Part shown: positions 1 through 11,460 of the stretch, piece by piece
How the letters are laid out: the number at the start of each line of letters is the position of its first letter
Numbering within the stretch: the first letter of the stretch is position 1
From: Amoeboaphelidium protococcarum X5
Taxonomy: Eukaryota > Fungi > Aphelidiomycota
DNA length: 64,000 bases
Reading direction: 5' to 3'
Assembly (NCBI GenBank): GCA_023515725.1
Contig: JALDTO010000098.1
Coordinates: 956,164-1,020,163 of the forward strand
Program-made: the position numbers and the translations under genes
The notes under the pieces: generated by a model
Seen by the model: only the letters and a program-made list of their open reading frames with translations
Database searches by the model: none
Told to the model about the DNA's origin: nothing

Positions 1-621
1 ATAGCGATTCATTCTTTTGTATGTCGTGCCTCTGGCCATTTGAGACGTGCATTGGATAGTGTATTTCTGATAATGGTAAGTTTTGTTAATGCTCTGTGAT
101 TGTATAATCTGACCGCGCGTTTGTAGTAGCATTTAAAATGCATCCAGCGAGAATTACATTATGTAGTAGGCGGGATACGCTTAACAGTATTAGAAGTACT
201 ATTGCTATCTAGGGCTTTGAAATGTCATGATTTAAATCTGGCAGCCATTTGAGTCTATCATTAACCAACTCTTAGTGGATGGAATTCTGGCGGCCCTGTT
301 TGGTGGTCGCATCCCGGAGAAGAGTGTGGAGATAGATTGCTTGTCGAAGTTGGGTGTGTGTGTGGTTGATAAAAGTCTTTATCAGTTGATTTTGTTGTTA
401 GTCACAGATGATCTTTACAATAATATACGCGTTTTATTTTACTATCTTTTGTATTTGTTTATTCTGTAGATGACCGAGGATTTTCTGCGATCTTCTAATT
501 TTAGATCACTTCCGCTCCTCTTAGAATTGAGTGATTTTCTATCGCTTTTTTCAGATTTTTACCTTCAAGTCCTATTCAGTCTGTATGATTGATTGATTGA
601 ATGCTTGGAGAGTAAATATAA

Positions 622-2055
622 ATGGAAAATATGGAAAAGGATCAATTAATTATTTCGAATGTAGATGAAGAGGATGGATTCTAAGTGGAAAAGCAACAGA
701 TTGTATTTCAGCATATATAGCAGCGAAAGTGGAAATTGTGGCTGATCATTGGCTGTCTATCTGCTCTATTCATTACAGTATTCAGTCTCTCTATAGCTCT
801 GGTGATAAGCAGAGATGGTCAAATATCACCGGCTGATAGGCCTAACCCAGTGATTCTCATATCGCTAGATGGATTCGCCGCCAGGTATCTGCAGCGTTAG
901 TTGACTCCTAATCTATAGCGGCTTATCGATAATGGTGTACATGCCCCTTTTATGCAGCCAGAATTTCCCAGCAAGACTTTCCCGAATCATTGGTCTATAG
1001 TGACTGGTCTCCTATCTGAGAGTCATGGTATCGTGTCTAATCAATTCTATGACCCGGTGATTGATGATGTCTTCACCTATACCAACGATACTTGTAGCAA
1101 GGATCCTCGATGGTGGCTAGGTGAGCCAATATGGAATACTATCAAGCGATAATAACTCAGTTCAAATGTCTGCTTCTGGCCTGGTAGTGAGGCTCCTGTT
1201 AATGGGATGCATCCAGATCGATATATTCCATACAGTCAGGCGACAGAGATGGATAATAGTGCGCGTGTTGATCAAGTGCTTGAATGGCTTGGTGAGCGAT
1301 ATGCCTGGGATCAGACTTATGGACCAGATTTGATTGCAATGTACATCTCCTCTGTCGATTCCACAGGTCATGCAAATGGACCAGATTCTTCCGCTGTGGA
1401 TGAGGAGATTAAGAGAGTTGATACTGATGCTATCGGTCGATTGATCGATGGACTGAAGGCAAGGAATGCTCTTGATTATGTCAATTTGGTCATTGTCAGT
1501 GATCACGGTATGGCTGCTACTGATCCGAATAAAGTAGTCTACTTAGAAGATATCTAAACGTCTACCGGTCTGAATGTGACAAATTATATCACCGTCTATG
1601 ATGGCTCTCCCGTACTTCACATCCAGCCCCACAACGATTCTGTCGCTGATGTTGTCTACACTGCTCTGAAAGAGTAAAGTGTTAAAGACAAGACTTGGAA
1701 CGTTTATAAACGCGGTGAAATACCGCCCATCTACTAGTACAGCAATAGTAATAGAATATCGCCGATAATTTTGGTTGCTGATTAGCCTTACACCATCTCC
1801 TAGAAGAGAGGTGACTATTTCCTCAAAGGAACTCATGGCTACGATCCGCGGGATTCTGATATGCACTCTATATTCATTGGACATGGCCCGTAATTTGCCA
1901 AGAATTCCACAATTGCAGAATCTTCTGGAATGTCTAATCTAGACGTTTATAAGATTCTGTGCGCACTTTTGAATGTCAATGAAGCTCCCAACAATAGCAC
2001 TTTATAGGAGCTCAGTTTTATTGTGCCTAATGAGTTTCTTGACCCTAGAAAATGA
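622..2055 (+). CDS. Ectonucleotide pyrophosphatase/phosphodiesterase (ENPP/NPP family, alkaline phosphatase superfamily), type II membrane protein, 477 aa
   Basis: Table-6 ORF ATG622-TGA2055 joins track ORFs 952, 1207 and downstream sequence. N-terminal TM (WLIIGCLSALFITVFSLSIALVI). Motifs ILISLDGF, FPSKTFPNHWSIVTGL, VDSTGH..GP, VSDHGM, GTHGYD. Confidence 0.93.
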
Positions 2056-2349
2056 TTAAATAAAACTTGTATTTGTGATTATAATTCAACATTATTTCCT
2101 CGGATAGAGAGGGATGCCACGCCGTTACCTCGATTACCCGGACGCATATCTAGGCTGGATGAGTTTTTTTAGCTTTTTGGTTTTTTTGTGTAGCTTAGAT
2201 TTGGGCTGTACTAGAACAATGTATTTCCGTGCCACTAACCGATTAGCATAGTAAATACACTAATTGCAATAATATATGCTGTTAGAGGTTAACTTGGAGT
2301 TCATGTCACCATTCACATGCTTTCAATGGCTTACAGATATATCCACACT

Positions 2350-3246
2350 TCACCGCTATCTAGCATTGTGAGGCTTTTAAATTAGATTTAATCGATCGCG
2401 ACAGAATTTTGCCATCTCAGCCATCAAAACTGGATAAAATGCTGGATCTTGATTGAGGCCTTTCAGTGATTACTTCAAAACATTGTACGCATAAGATCGA
2501 TGAACGTCGCTGAATTCAGCAGTGTCTGCCAAGTCATTAACCATCTTCTGAAACAACTCATCCTTTTTGAATCCTCTATAAGAGTCCTCAAGCATTAATT
2601 TGACTGCTTTAACAGCTGGATCGAAGCATCGATGAGTTGATACGACAGCATTAGGATCTCGATCGGCTCTGTCAAAACTCGCGCGGATCATCGCCTTCGT
2701 TTCCTCGACAACTTTCTAATTCAAGTTGAGCTGCATTGAAGATTCGTCTTCAAAGAACATCTTACAGATTTTACGCGCCTACTTTGCCTGTATGGACGGC
2801 GAGAGATGCAGTTCATTCTGATAACGCGCCACTGCCAGATAAAACAAAAGATTCTCAGGCGCGAGACTTCGAATAAGGTATGCAAGGAAATAGGCCAATG
2901 GGACATTAGACTTTAGCAGTGGGTTGAGACCTCCTTTTACTATATCATCAACAGTAACTTCCCGCTACTACTGCATTTGCTCAGACTTGCGCAATATGAG
3001 TTTATCTGAGAGCAGAGGACATGCTTGCACTCCAGACAGGGCAACGGTAGATTGAGGATTAAGTAATTTCAAGCGAAGCATAACTTTGGATGGTAGCTAT
3101 AGCTATTACCTTAATTGATTAATCTCCATGATTTTTGGCTTTCCCTGATTAATCTTGCGATCAAGAATATCTTTAGAGGGGGACGAATGGGATTGATGAA
3201 CAGAGTGGATCAGCTGCTTATCACGTCTTGTCAGAGGTAAAGACAT
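2350..3246 (-). CDS. RGS (regulator of G-protein signalling) domain protein, 298 aa
   Basis: Table-6 ORF ATG3246-TGA2350. RGS-like segments LAYFLAYLIRSLAPENLLFYLAVARY, ARKICKMFF..SSMQLNL, CFDPAVKAVKLMLEDSYRGFKKDELFQKM. Confidence 0.8.
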
Positions 3247-4018
3247 TGAACGCTTTAATTTTATTCTCTATAATTTACCACTAACCTACAAATCAATTTG
3301 AGGAGTATAACACTTTTACATCTAGATGCCTGGCGATTTAGTCTGTCCCTTGCGATCATAAATCATTTTACCCCTTGTGCGAATATGACCCAGCTAAGGT
3401 TCACCACCCTTAGAAGCGCTATCGACTGCGTGTCTTTGACGCATACTTGATATTGATCTTTTCAAAATCGAGCCTTATTCGAGTTTATAGACTCTTTGAC
3501 TGTTTAAACACTACTAGCCAATATCATGTTTCCCAGATGATGCTCGCCGTGATCTCTGTTGACGCGGTGATTTTGGATAATGCTAAGATAAATTACCAGT
3601 GCTGTCATCACATTCTTATTTCATATACAAAGACATTATTATAATTAAATGAATCTATGTAATTAGTGAGGAAAGAAGCTAAAATTGATAAACTAGGATC
3701 ACTGATCATCACGATGCACGCGAATCAATTCTTGTGTTCATGAAAAGCAGTTAATATCTACTCTCTAATTGGCTGTCGAGATTTGTGCCACAAAGATGAC
3801 CAGTTTTGTGTTGCCATCTAATTATCCGTGACCACTCATGACATAGAATTATATGTTTGCAAAATGAGAAAGTTTTCTATAGCTGTAATAATACTCTACA
3901 GTACAAGATTAGCGTAAGATTTCGAAACGACTCTTAATCTCATGGTGTGAGTTTCAATCTTTTCGTTTCCATTGTTTCAAGTTTTGAATCAGATACTTCT
4001 GGAGATCTTAGCATTAAT

Positions 4019-5262
4019 ATGACACTTTTTGAAAGTTTTGCTTCAATCCATGATGAAATTGTGTGTTTTAAGAAGTCTGAACTGGGATTATATGGCCCTG
4101 TGGGTTCTAAACGCGTAAATTTGGTATAAAATTCTGGCGCAACTCCTGTTGTGAAGGTGATGAAAGACGCGTCGACACACGGTAACAAAGAGAATTTTGT
4201 ATCATCAAACTCTTAATTTCCTTCTGGTCCAAGATTAATAAAGCATTCAATCATTAAAAATATTGCATCTGCTAATTTTGTACCTTAGGGTAAGCAAGGT
4301 AATTATGATGTTGGAACTGGTATGGGTATTGTATCCACACTCAACGATCTGTGCCATTCGGTTGTAATTTGTATCTCAAACATTCCGTGGGACGTTTCAA
4401 GACGCGACATTGAACAATATTTTGATCCGTTTCAGATCTAATCGTGTCATATCTTGATGGATCTTGCATTGGATAGTCCGGCTAAAACAATGGGAAAAAC
4501 ACTGGCAGACGCGTACATTGAAGTTGAGAACGTTGGAATCGCAATGGACTGCATCAAGTTGAAAAATTAGCTGTTGATGAAGAATCGTGCAATTTCTCTA
4601 CGCGTATCTAACCATGAGGAGCTGATGCGTAGACTGTTTCCTCAATGGAGTTAATATACCAAGTCACAGAAGGAATAGTACATCACTCATAATGAACGCC
4701 AAGCCATTCTAATGGTTTGCAGAGACTATAAGGTAAATTTATTCCCTAAGTTTAATTTAAACCAGTCTCGGTTATCAATAACTTTAAACTATTGTAGCAA
4801 CATTTCTCTCGCAAATGTGCTGATAGACCTTATGAACTGATCATGTCAATGCTGGAAAAGATACAATGGACAGGCGCAAAACTGAAGCCATCTGAAACAC
4901 ATCAAAAGGAGATCTTTGATATGTATATGCAGGCAGTCACAATTTTGAAATAGCACATCCAGAAGGAGCATCATCACATAAGCGAATCAATGCTACCACG
5001 CTTTTTAAAGGCTGGTCTTGAATGTCCAGGATATAACGCGCAGTAAAAGAAGCTTATTGGGAAACAAATGCCAAATGCTACTAAATCCTCTCTAGTCATT
5101 TAGCCTACTCGAGACGTCACATAGCCAAAAGATTCAACAGAAACTGACGTCAATACAGAGGATGACATGGATATAGACACCCCAATGTTTTCGAGCTGTG
5201 TGGACTTTGGCGATATTGAGTTGGAAGAGAATTAAAACCAATAAGACACACTGAAATAATGA
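4019..5262 (+). CDS. RRM-domain RNA-binding protein (fungal-type uncharacterised family); one intron 4733-4797
   Basis: VICISNIPWDVSRRDIEQYF...HILMD...GKTLADAYIEV...VSNHEELMRRLFP (RRM-like), followed by FSRKCADRPYE and GLECPGY. A GT..AG intron restores the frame. Start codon uncertain. Confidence 0.7.
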
Positions 5263-5487
5263 TTCTGAACGTGAAAATCCATATCGAATGCATAATGGGT
5301 AATAAAAAGAAGTGACAACCATACGGAATATGAAACGAAATTGAATAGCAAAGTTAAGTATGAAAAGAGCGAGCGTCTTGTCGTTTCAACTTTGGTGACG
5401 CGTCTCTTCTTTCTTCTCACACTCTATTGTTTTACACTCTGTTCACGAAGCTTATTTGTATCTTGGCATATAATAGTTAGGCTCATT

Positions 5488-8400
5488 ATGTACAAATTTC
5501 ATAGAAATATTACTTTGAGTCGTCTGGACACTTTCAAGAGTGAGTAGAGATATGCAGACGTTAATTTGTACTCCTGTTTGGTTAAAAAACGGAGCAGTGA
5601 ATACTTGAAGATTGAATCCTACACTGTCCCGGAGTTGAAACGTATCACATTCAAGGAGGCTTTGTTGGGGTAATATGAGCTTGCAAGAGTTGGTGACAAG
5701 TTTGGTCCTAGTTGGGCGACGGTTTGGTTTAGAGTTCAAGTATCCATCCCTAAAGGTTTCGTCGAGGTTGATGATGAAAAGATTTGGCTGCGCTGGAATT
5801 CAAACAGCGAGGCGATGATCTGGTCTCAAGATGGTAAATGTCTCCAAGGATTGAACGGTGGTAGTGGGCATGATAAGAGGCTTGATTTTGCTCTGGATAA
5901 CAAGCTGTTAGGGAACAGTGACGGTGGGCATATTGTTTTATATGTTGAAATGGCTTGTAATGGTATGTTTGGCAATGCGTCTGGTGGTGATAGTATTCAA
6001 CCTCCTAAATCTGACAGGCAGTTCACTTTAGATACCGCTGAACTGGTTGTATATGACCAAGTTGCATTGGGTCTTTGGTACGATTATCAGATTATATCTG
6101 ACATGGCAAAAGAACTCCCTTCGGATAGTCAACTTGCAGCTGAAGCTCTGGTGACGGCCAACTCCATTGCCAATACATTTCTGGCAGAAGATAAGCAGAC
6201 GTGGAGCTAGGCAAGGCAGATTGCTTAAAAGTTTCTCTCTGCTCAAGCCGGCCCTGCTGACCATGAAATCACAGCTGTTGGTATGTGTCATATCGATTCT
6301 TGTTGGTTGTGGATGTGGGATGAAACGCGCCGTAAATGTGCTCGATCTTGGGCCAGCCAGCTTGTTCTGATGGACAAGTATCCTGATTATAAGTTTGCCG
6401 TCTCACAGGCTTGTCAGCTAGAATCTGTTATGAATGATTACCCAGAGCTGTTCGAGAGACTGAAGGAGAAGGCTAAATCTGGTCAGTTTATCCCGGTTGG
6501 GGCCACTTGGGTGGAAATGGACGGAAATTTGCCATCCGGAGAGTCATTTTGCAGATAATTTCTGTACGGATAGCGCTTTTTCAAAGAACATTTTGGACAA
6601 TACTGTGACATTTTCTGGCTACCTGATACTTTTGGTTATAGTGCACAATTGCCTCAGATCATGAAGTTGTCTGGAGCAGATTACTTTCTGACTCAAAAAC
6701 TGAGCTGGAACAATATCAACAAGTTTCCTCACACCACGTTCTGGTGGAAGGGATTGGATGGTAGCAAGGTTTTGACTCATTTCCCGCCTGCTGATACTTA
6801 TTGCGGTCAAGGTACGGTGAAGGAAGTAATGTACAATGTCAAGAATCATAAGGATAAGGAGCATTCTAATCAGTCAATGTATCTGTTTGGACACGGTGAT
6901 GGCGGTAATGGCGCAACGTATGATATGCTTGAGAGATTGGAGAGGATGAAGGGCGGTGTCAAAGGACTTCCTAAAGTTAAGATGGGCAGTCCATAAGATT
7001 TTTTTAAGAACTTGAATGAAGCTGATTCTGAATCTTATCTCACATGGAGCTCTGAGCTGTACTTTGAACTGCATAGAGGTACATACACATCTTAGGCATT
7101 CGTTAAATGGTACAATAGAAAGTGTGAATTTCTTCTGCGTGACATTGAGTAACTCTATGTTTTATTAGGAAATGGCCAGTATCCGAGAGATTAATTGGAT
7201 GCTATGTGGAAGAAGCTGTTGTTCAACTAGTTTCATGATATTTTGCCTGGTACTTCTATTGAATTGGTATATGAAGACACGCGTCGTGATTATAAGGAGA
7301 TTTACTCTTTGGGTACCAAGTTGCGTTCGGATGCTTTCAATCAAATGATATACAATGCTGTTAGCTCTGGACTATCTGGCGACAAGATGGAGTAGATTAA
7401 ATCCGTGCTTGGAATATAGAAAGAGTCTAGCTATGAAATGGTTCAGAATTGCTAGATGCAGGTCGCAGTGTACAACAGTTTGTAATTCGATCGTGCTGAG
7501 GTTGTAGAAATTGATATCCCGTCCGACCTGGCTGTTGAGCCGTCGTTTGAACAAGTTGTTGCTGCTGGTAACTCGGCTTTAGTGTTGGCCAAGACACCAG
7601 GCTTTTCGTTGAGCTTCAATTCTATTAAAGACAACGATATCAAGGAGCAAGTCACTATATCATTTGATGGTGATGTGTGCTTAATGTCCAACTCCTTGAT
7701 TGATGTCAAATTTAGCTGTCATGGCCTTTTGCTGAGTTTGGTTGATAAACGGGCCAACGGGCGGGAGGTTATTGACTAATAGCATTGTGGTAATAAGTTT
7801 GTTCTTCATCAGGATCTTCCTTTATATTGGGACAATTGGGATCTTGAGGCGTACCATTTGGAGAAGACTTATGAGACTGGGATCGGCCAGCTTTAGATCA
7901 TTGAGAATGGTCCACTAAGAGTCGCATTCACAGTCGCCCATCCATTGACAGGCAAGAGCCAGTTGAAGCAGAAAGTATCCTTGACTTGCAACTCTGCCAG
8001 AATCGACTTTGATACTGAAGTAGAGTGGCATGAGAGTCATAAAGTCCTCAAGGTACAGTTTCCAGTTAACGTAAAGTGCGACCACGCCACTTATGACGTG
8101 CCTTTTGGACATTTGACGCGTCCTACCCATTTCAACACCTCTGTAGATTTTGCCAAGTTTGAGGTTTGTGGTCACAAGTATTCCGACCTGTCTGAGTATG
8201 GTTATGGCGTAGCATTGTTGAGTGACTCCAAGTATGGATACTCCACGCGGGACAATGTGTTGAGAATGACTCTTCTCCGCGCACCAAAAGCACCAGATGG
8301 CAACTGTGATATGGGACATCACAAGTTTAAGTATGCTTTGTATCCTCATCTGGGCTCATTCACGGAGTCTGACGTTGTTCAAGAAAGCTACAAGTTGAAT

Positions 8401-8736
8401 GTTCCACTGCTGACTAGACTGGTTCCTGTGATGAAATCATTACCATCCTCTGTGTAATCGGCATTCACTATATCCTGTAGTAATGTCATTATCGACACTG
8501 TTAAGCTTCCTGAAGAGTCTCAAGATATAGGTGATGCTAATTCAATTATTGTCAGATTGCATGAAGTTATGGGCGGTAGAGGCTAGTATGAATTCAAATC
8601 TCGCGTCAAATTCACTGCTGCATAAAAGGTTAATATTCTGGAGGGGCGTATTGAAGACATTGCCGTCACGACTCTTGGCGTCCTCTCTGTCTCTATTAAT
8701 CCCTTTGAGATTGTGACTCTGAAATTGCATTATTGA
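5488..8736 (+). CDS. AMS1: Cytosolic/vacuolar alpha-mannosidase (GH38, Ams1/MAN2C1), 1082 aa
   Basis: Single table-6 [105 protein letters not shown]. Confidence 0.96.
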
Positions 8737-8855
8737 ATACTTGTTATAAATATATGGATTTTGTGCAGTGATGTTCACTGAAGACTTCTCATAAGATTTT
8801 TTTCTTGATATCGAAAACAGCTATTAAAGTGATAATTTCTCACTGCGTAGAAAAT

Positions 8856-9566
8856 ATGTTTAAATTTGGATATCACACGTAGATTTAGACGCGATTATTT
8901 GGCCAGCCTATGAGATTCTTTAGTAGCCGATTATTCCCAAAGGAGGCATCAGTCATCAGAGATCCTACGAAGGCTGATTTTAGTCCTCTAGGTAAGACTC
9001 TGAGCGGTGGCGCGAATCAATATCAATCTCCGTATGCGACTATATTTCCTAGAGAAAATAGGAATCCTCAGAATGTTCCCATCAAAAGACCATATGAAAG
9101 ATTGATCAAGCTACGTAAATTGGTCCGACCATCTCGACTAGGTAAGAAGATGACATTTGACGCGTGGTGTGTCGTTGGTGATCGGAACGGCTCTGCGGGA
9201 ATGGCTCATGCCACGTCAACGCAGGCTGCAAAGGCGGTTAAGCGCGCGTTATAGCTAGCCAGAGGTCAATTAAAGCATTACGAGCTGTATGAAGGAAGAA
9301 CTCTGTTCCATGATATCGACATGAAATATGGCGCGCTGAGAATGCGACTCTTCAGTAAACCTGCCGGCTACTCAATCAGAGCTCAGCGAAATGCATATGA
9401 CGTGTGCCAAGCTGTTGGCATGTAAGACATTGCTGTACAGATCCTCGATGGAAAACCAAATCCTATCAAGATTTCACGTGCCGTATTCCATGCTCTTGAC
9501 AATTTGCACTAGACTCCAGCTGCAGTGGCCAATGCTCGTGGTCGTTCAGTAAAGGAAATTCATTGA
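8856..9566 (+). CDS. MRPS5: Mitochondrial ribosomal protein uS5m, 236 aa
   Basis: GKKMTFDAWCVVGDRNGSAG..AVKRA, YEGRTLFHD, KPAGYSIRA, VCQAVGMQDI. Arg/Phe-rich N-terminal presequence. Confidence 0.88.
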
Positions 9567-11460
9567 TATTTTAATCATTGAAGATTCGTAAAATAAACTT
9601 TGAAAGATCATTTACGGCATTAATTTTTATATTTACGGGTCAGCATCTTTTCAAAATTTCTTTATAATAAGGATAATAATATATCAAAATATATGGCTTA
9701 CAACAATATCCAACAGTCTGTTATCGAAGAGTGTCACTACAACCAACAGTCTTCTTGCGATTTTGGCTGTTGATTATAATAATATACTCAATTTTTTTCA
9801 TTCGAATGGTGTCCCTTGCACGTCTTATCAATCTCTTCAATGGCCGCATTTAGAGCGCCAATATTCCTAGTCAATTCATCAACTTCGCCAGTTAATGACT
9901 GATTTTAATTCATTAAATCACCCAGTCTCTTCTCCAGAGTCTCTTTCCTCTCCACCTATTTCTAACGATACCGGAGTGCAGCTTCTCTATTCTTCTCACG
10001 TCTATGCTCAGTAATCTACCTCTTTGGACTCTTGCTGATGTTGTTCGTGTATCCAGCAACATGCTGCAATGACTATTATCTCTCTTATTGATACTAATGC
10101 TAATACACATGCTACTATTATTGAATAGACTAATGCATATGTTAATGAGGAGATGGTCTAAACTGCTCGTCAGATACCCCCTATGGAATACGTATAGGAT
10201 GAACTTCTTACTACTGATGAGAATCAATAGATGGATTCGGACTGATCAGGAATGGCGATTACTAAAATACAACAGCAGGAGCAGATTAGGAGTTACCATC
10301 ATAAAGCTGCGACGTTCTGTAAATCATACCAGCAGAAGGAGGATGATGATGGTGATGTTATTACTATTCCTAGAAGGAACCAGGATATCTTCGATTCGAG
10401 TGAGTCCATCGCGGGTTCTAATGTAGCTACTATTATTACACAACATAATTCTAAAAGCTCAACGATGAACTTTAGTCTTATGGCGGATTATTAGGATGAT
10501 TGCTAAAGTACTACTATTAATCTGACGAAGATTGCTATGAGGAGGCATTTTCAGACCAAGGAGTCGGATAGAATGGGGGTCTTACTGACGGCAGATGTAG
10601 CTCACGAATAGATGGTATGGTAGGCCTTACAACAGCATTCTAGTTTTAAGCCTATATTTATTATCGCTCCTTCTACCTCTCTATACCAGAATTCCAACTC
10701 TACCCGTGTTGCCACCGCCTTTGATCACCAACGCCACGTTGATCATCGCCACCAGAGCTGATCATTGCACTTTGAGGATCATCGGGATTGTTAAGCGGTA
10801 CTCGCTGATGATAAATCACATCATTATCTTCTTTGCCTCCACCCAGCTTAATATCCATCTATCGCGCAACACCGACTCTGTCTATGCCCTGATCATCGAC
10901 AATCTCCACATGATCGCTGGTTTGTTTGCAGTCGGCTGACTCAGCAGTAGTCGAGGCAACTGTTTACGGCTGTGAACAATCCTACGCTTATCCAGAGGCA
11001 TCTACGTCATTAGAATCAGCCAGAAGATTAGTTATATGCAATCGTTGACTAAGCTATTCAGAGTGTGAGTGAACACTTTGCCTTGACCCACTCGGTCGGT
11101 CTCCTCCTAATCCGCTAGTGGTGGCAACATCTTTTGCTGCACCTTCTTCTTGGTTCATTGCTTGAAAATTTCTATCACACAACAAATATTATGTACGGGG
11201 ATTAATTATATATATACGAATGCAGAAACAATGATAATAATAAGCAAAGAATGGCCAGTCTATTTGTATAATTATTATAATTTTTAAATCCAAATGCTTG
11301 TTGTTATTATTCAATTGATCGCAAGTCAAAGGTGTCGTCGCTTGTCGATCAATAAAATCGCTGGAAAAAACTTTGAAAGGCCGACGACATTCTCGCTGAA
11401 CTCGAGCGAAATAGCCGAGAATCGGTGATTGCAATCGTTGACCCCGTAGCCATCTCGACC

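Noticed and set aside
1-312. Possible partial gene at the window edge: either + strand 3' end with intron 76-126 and TGA at 250, or a Gln-rich - strand frame from ATG312
   Set aside because: Two incompatible readings and no recognisable motif. Long open frames arise easily with a single stop codon.
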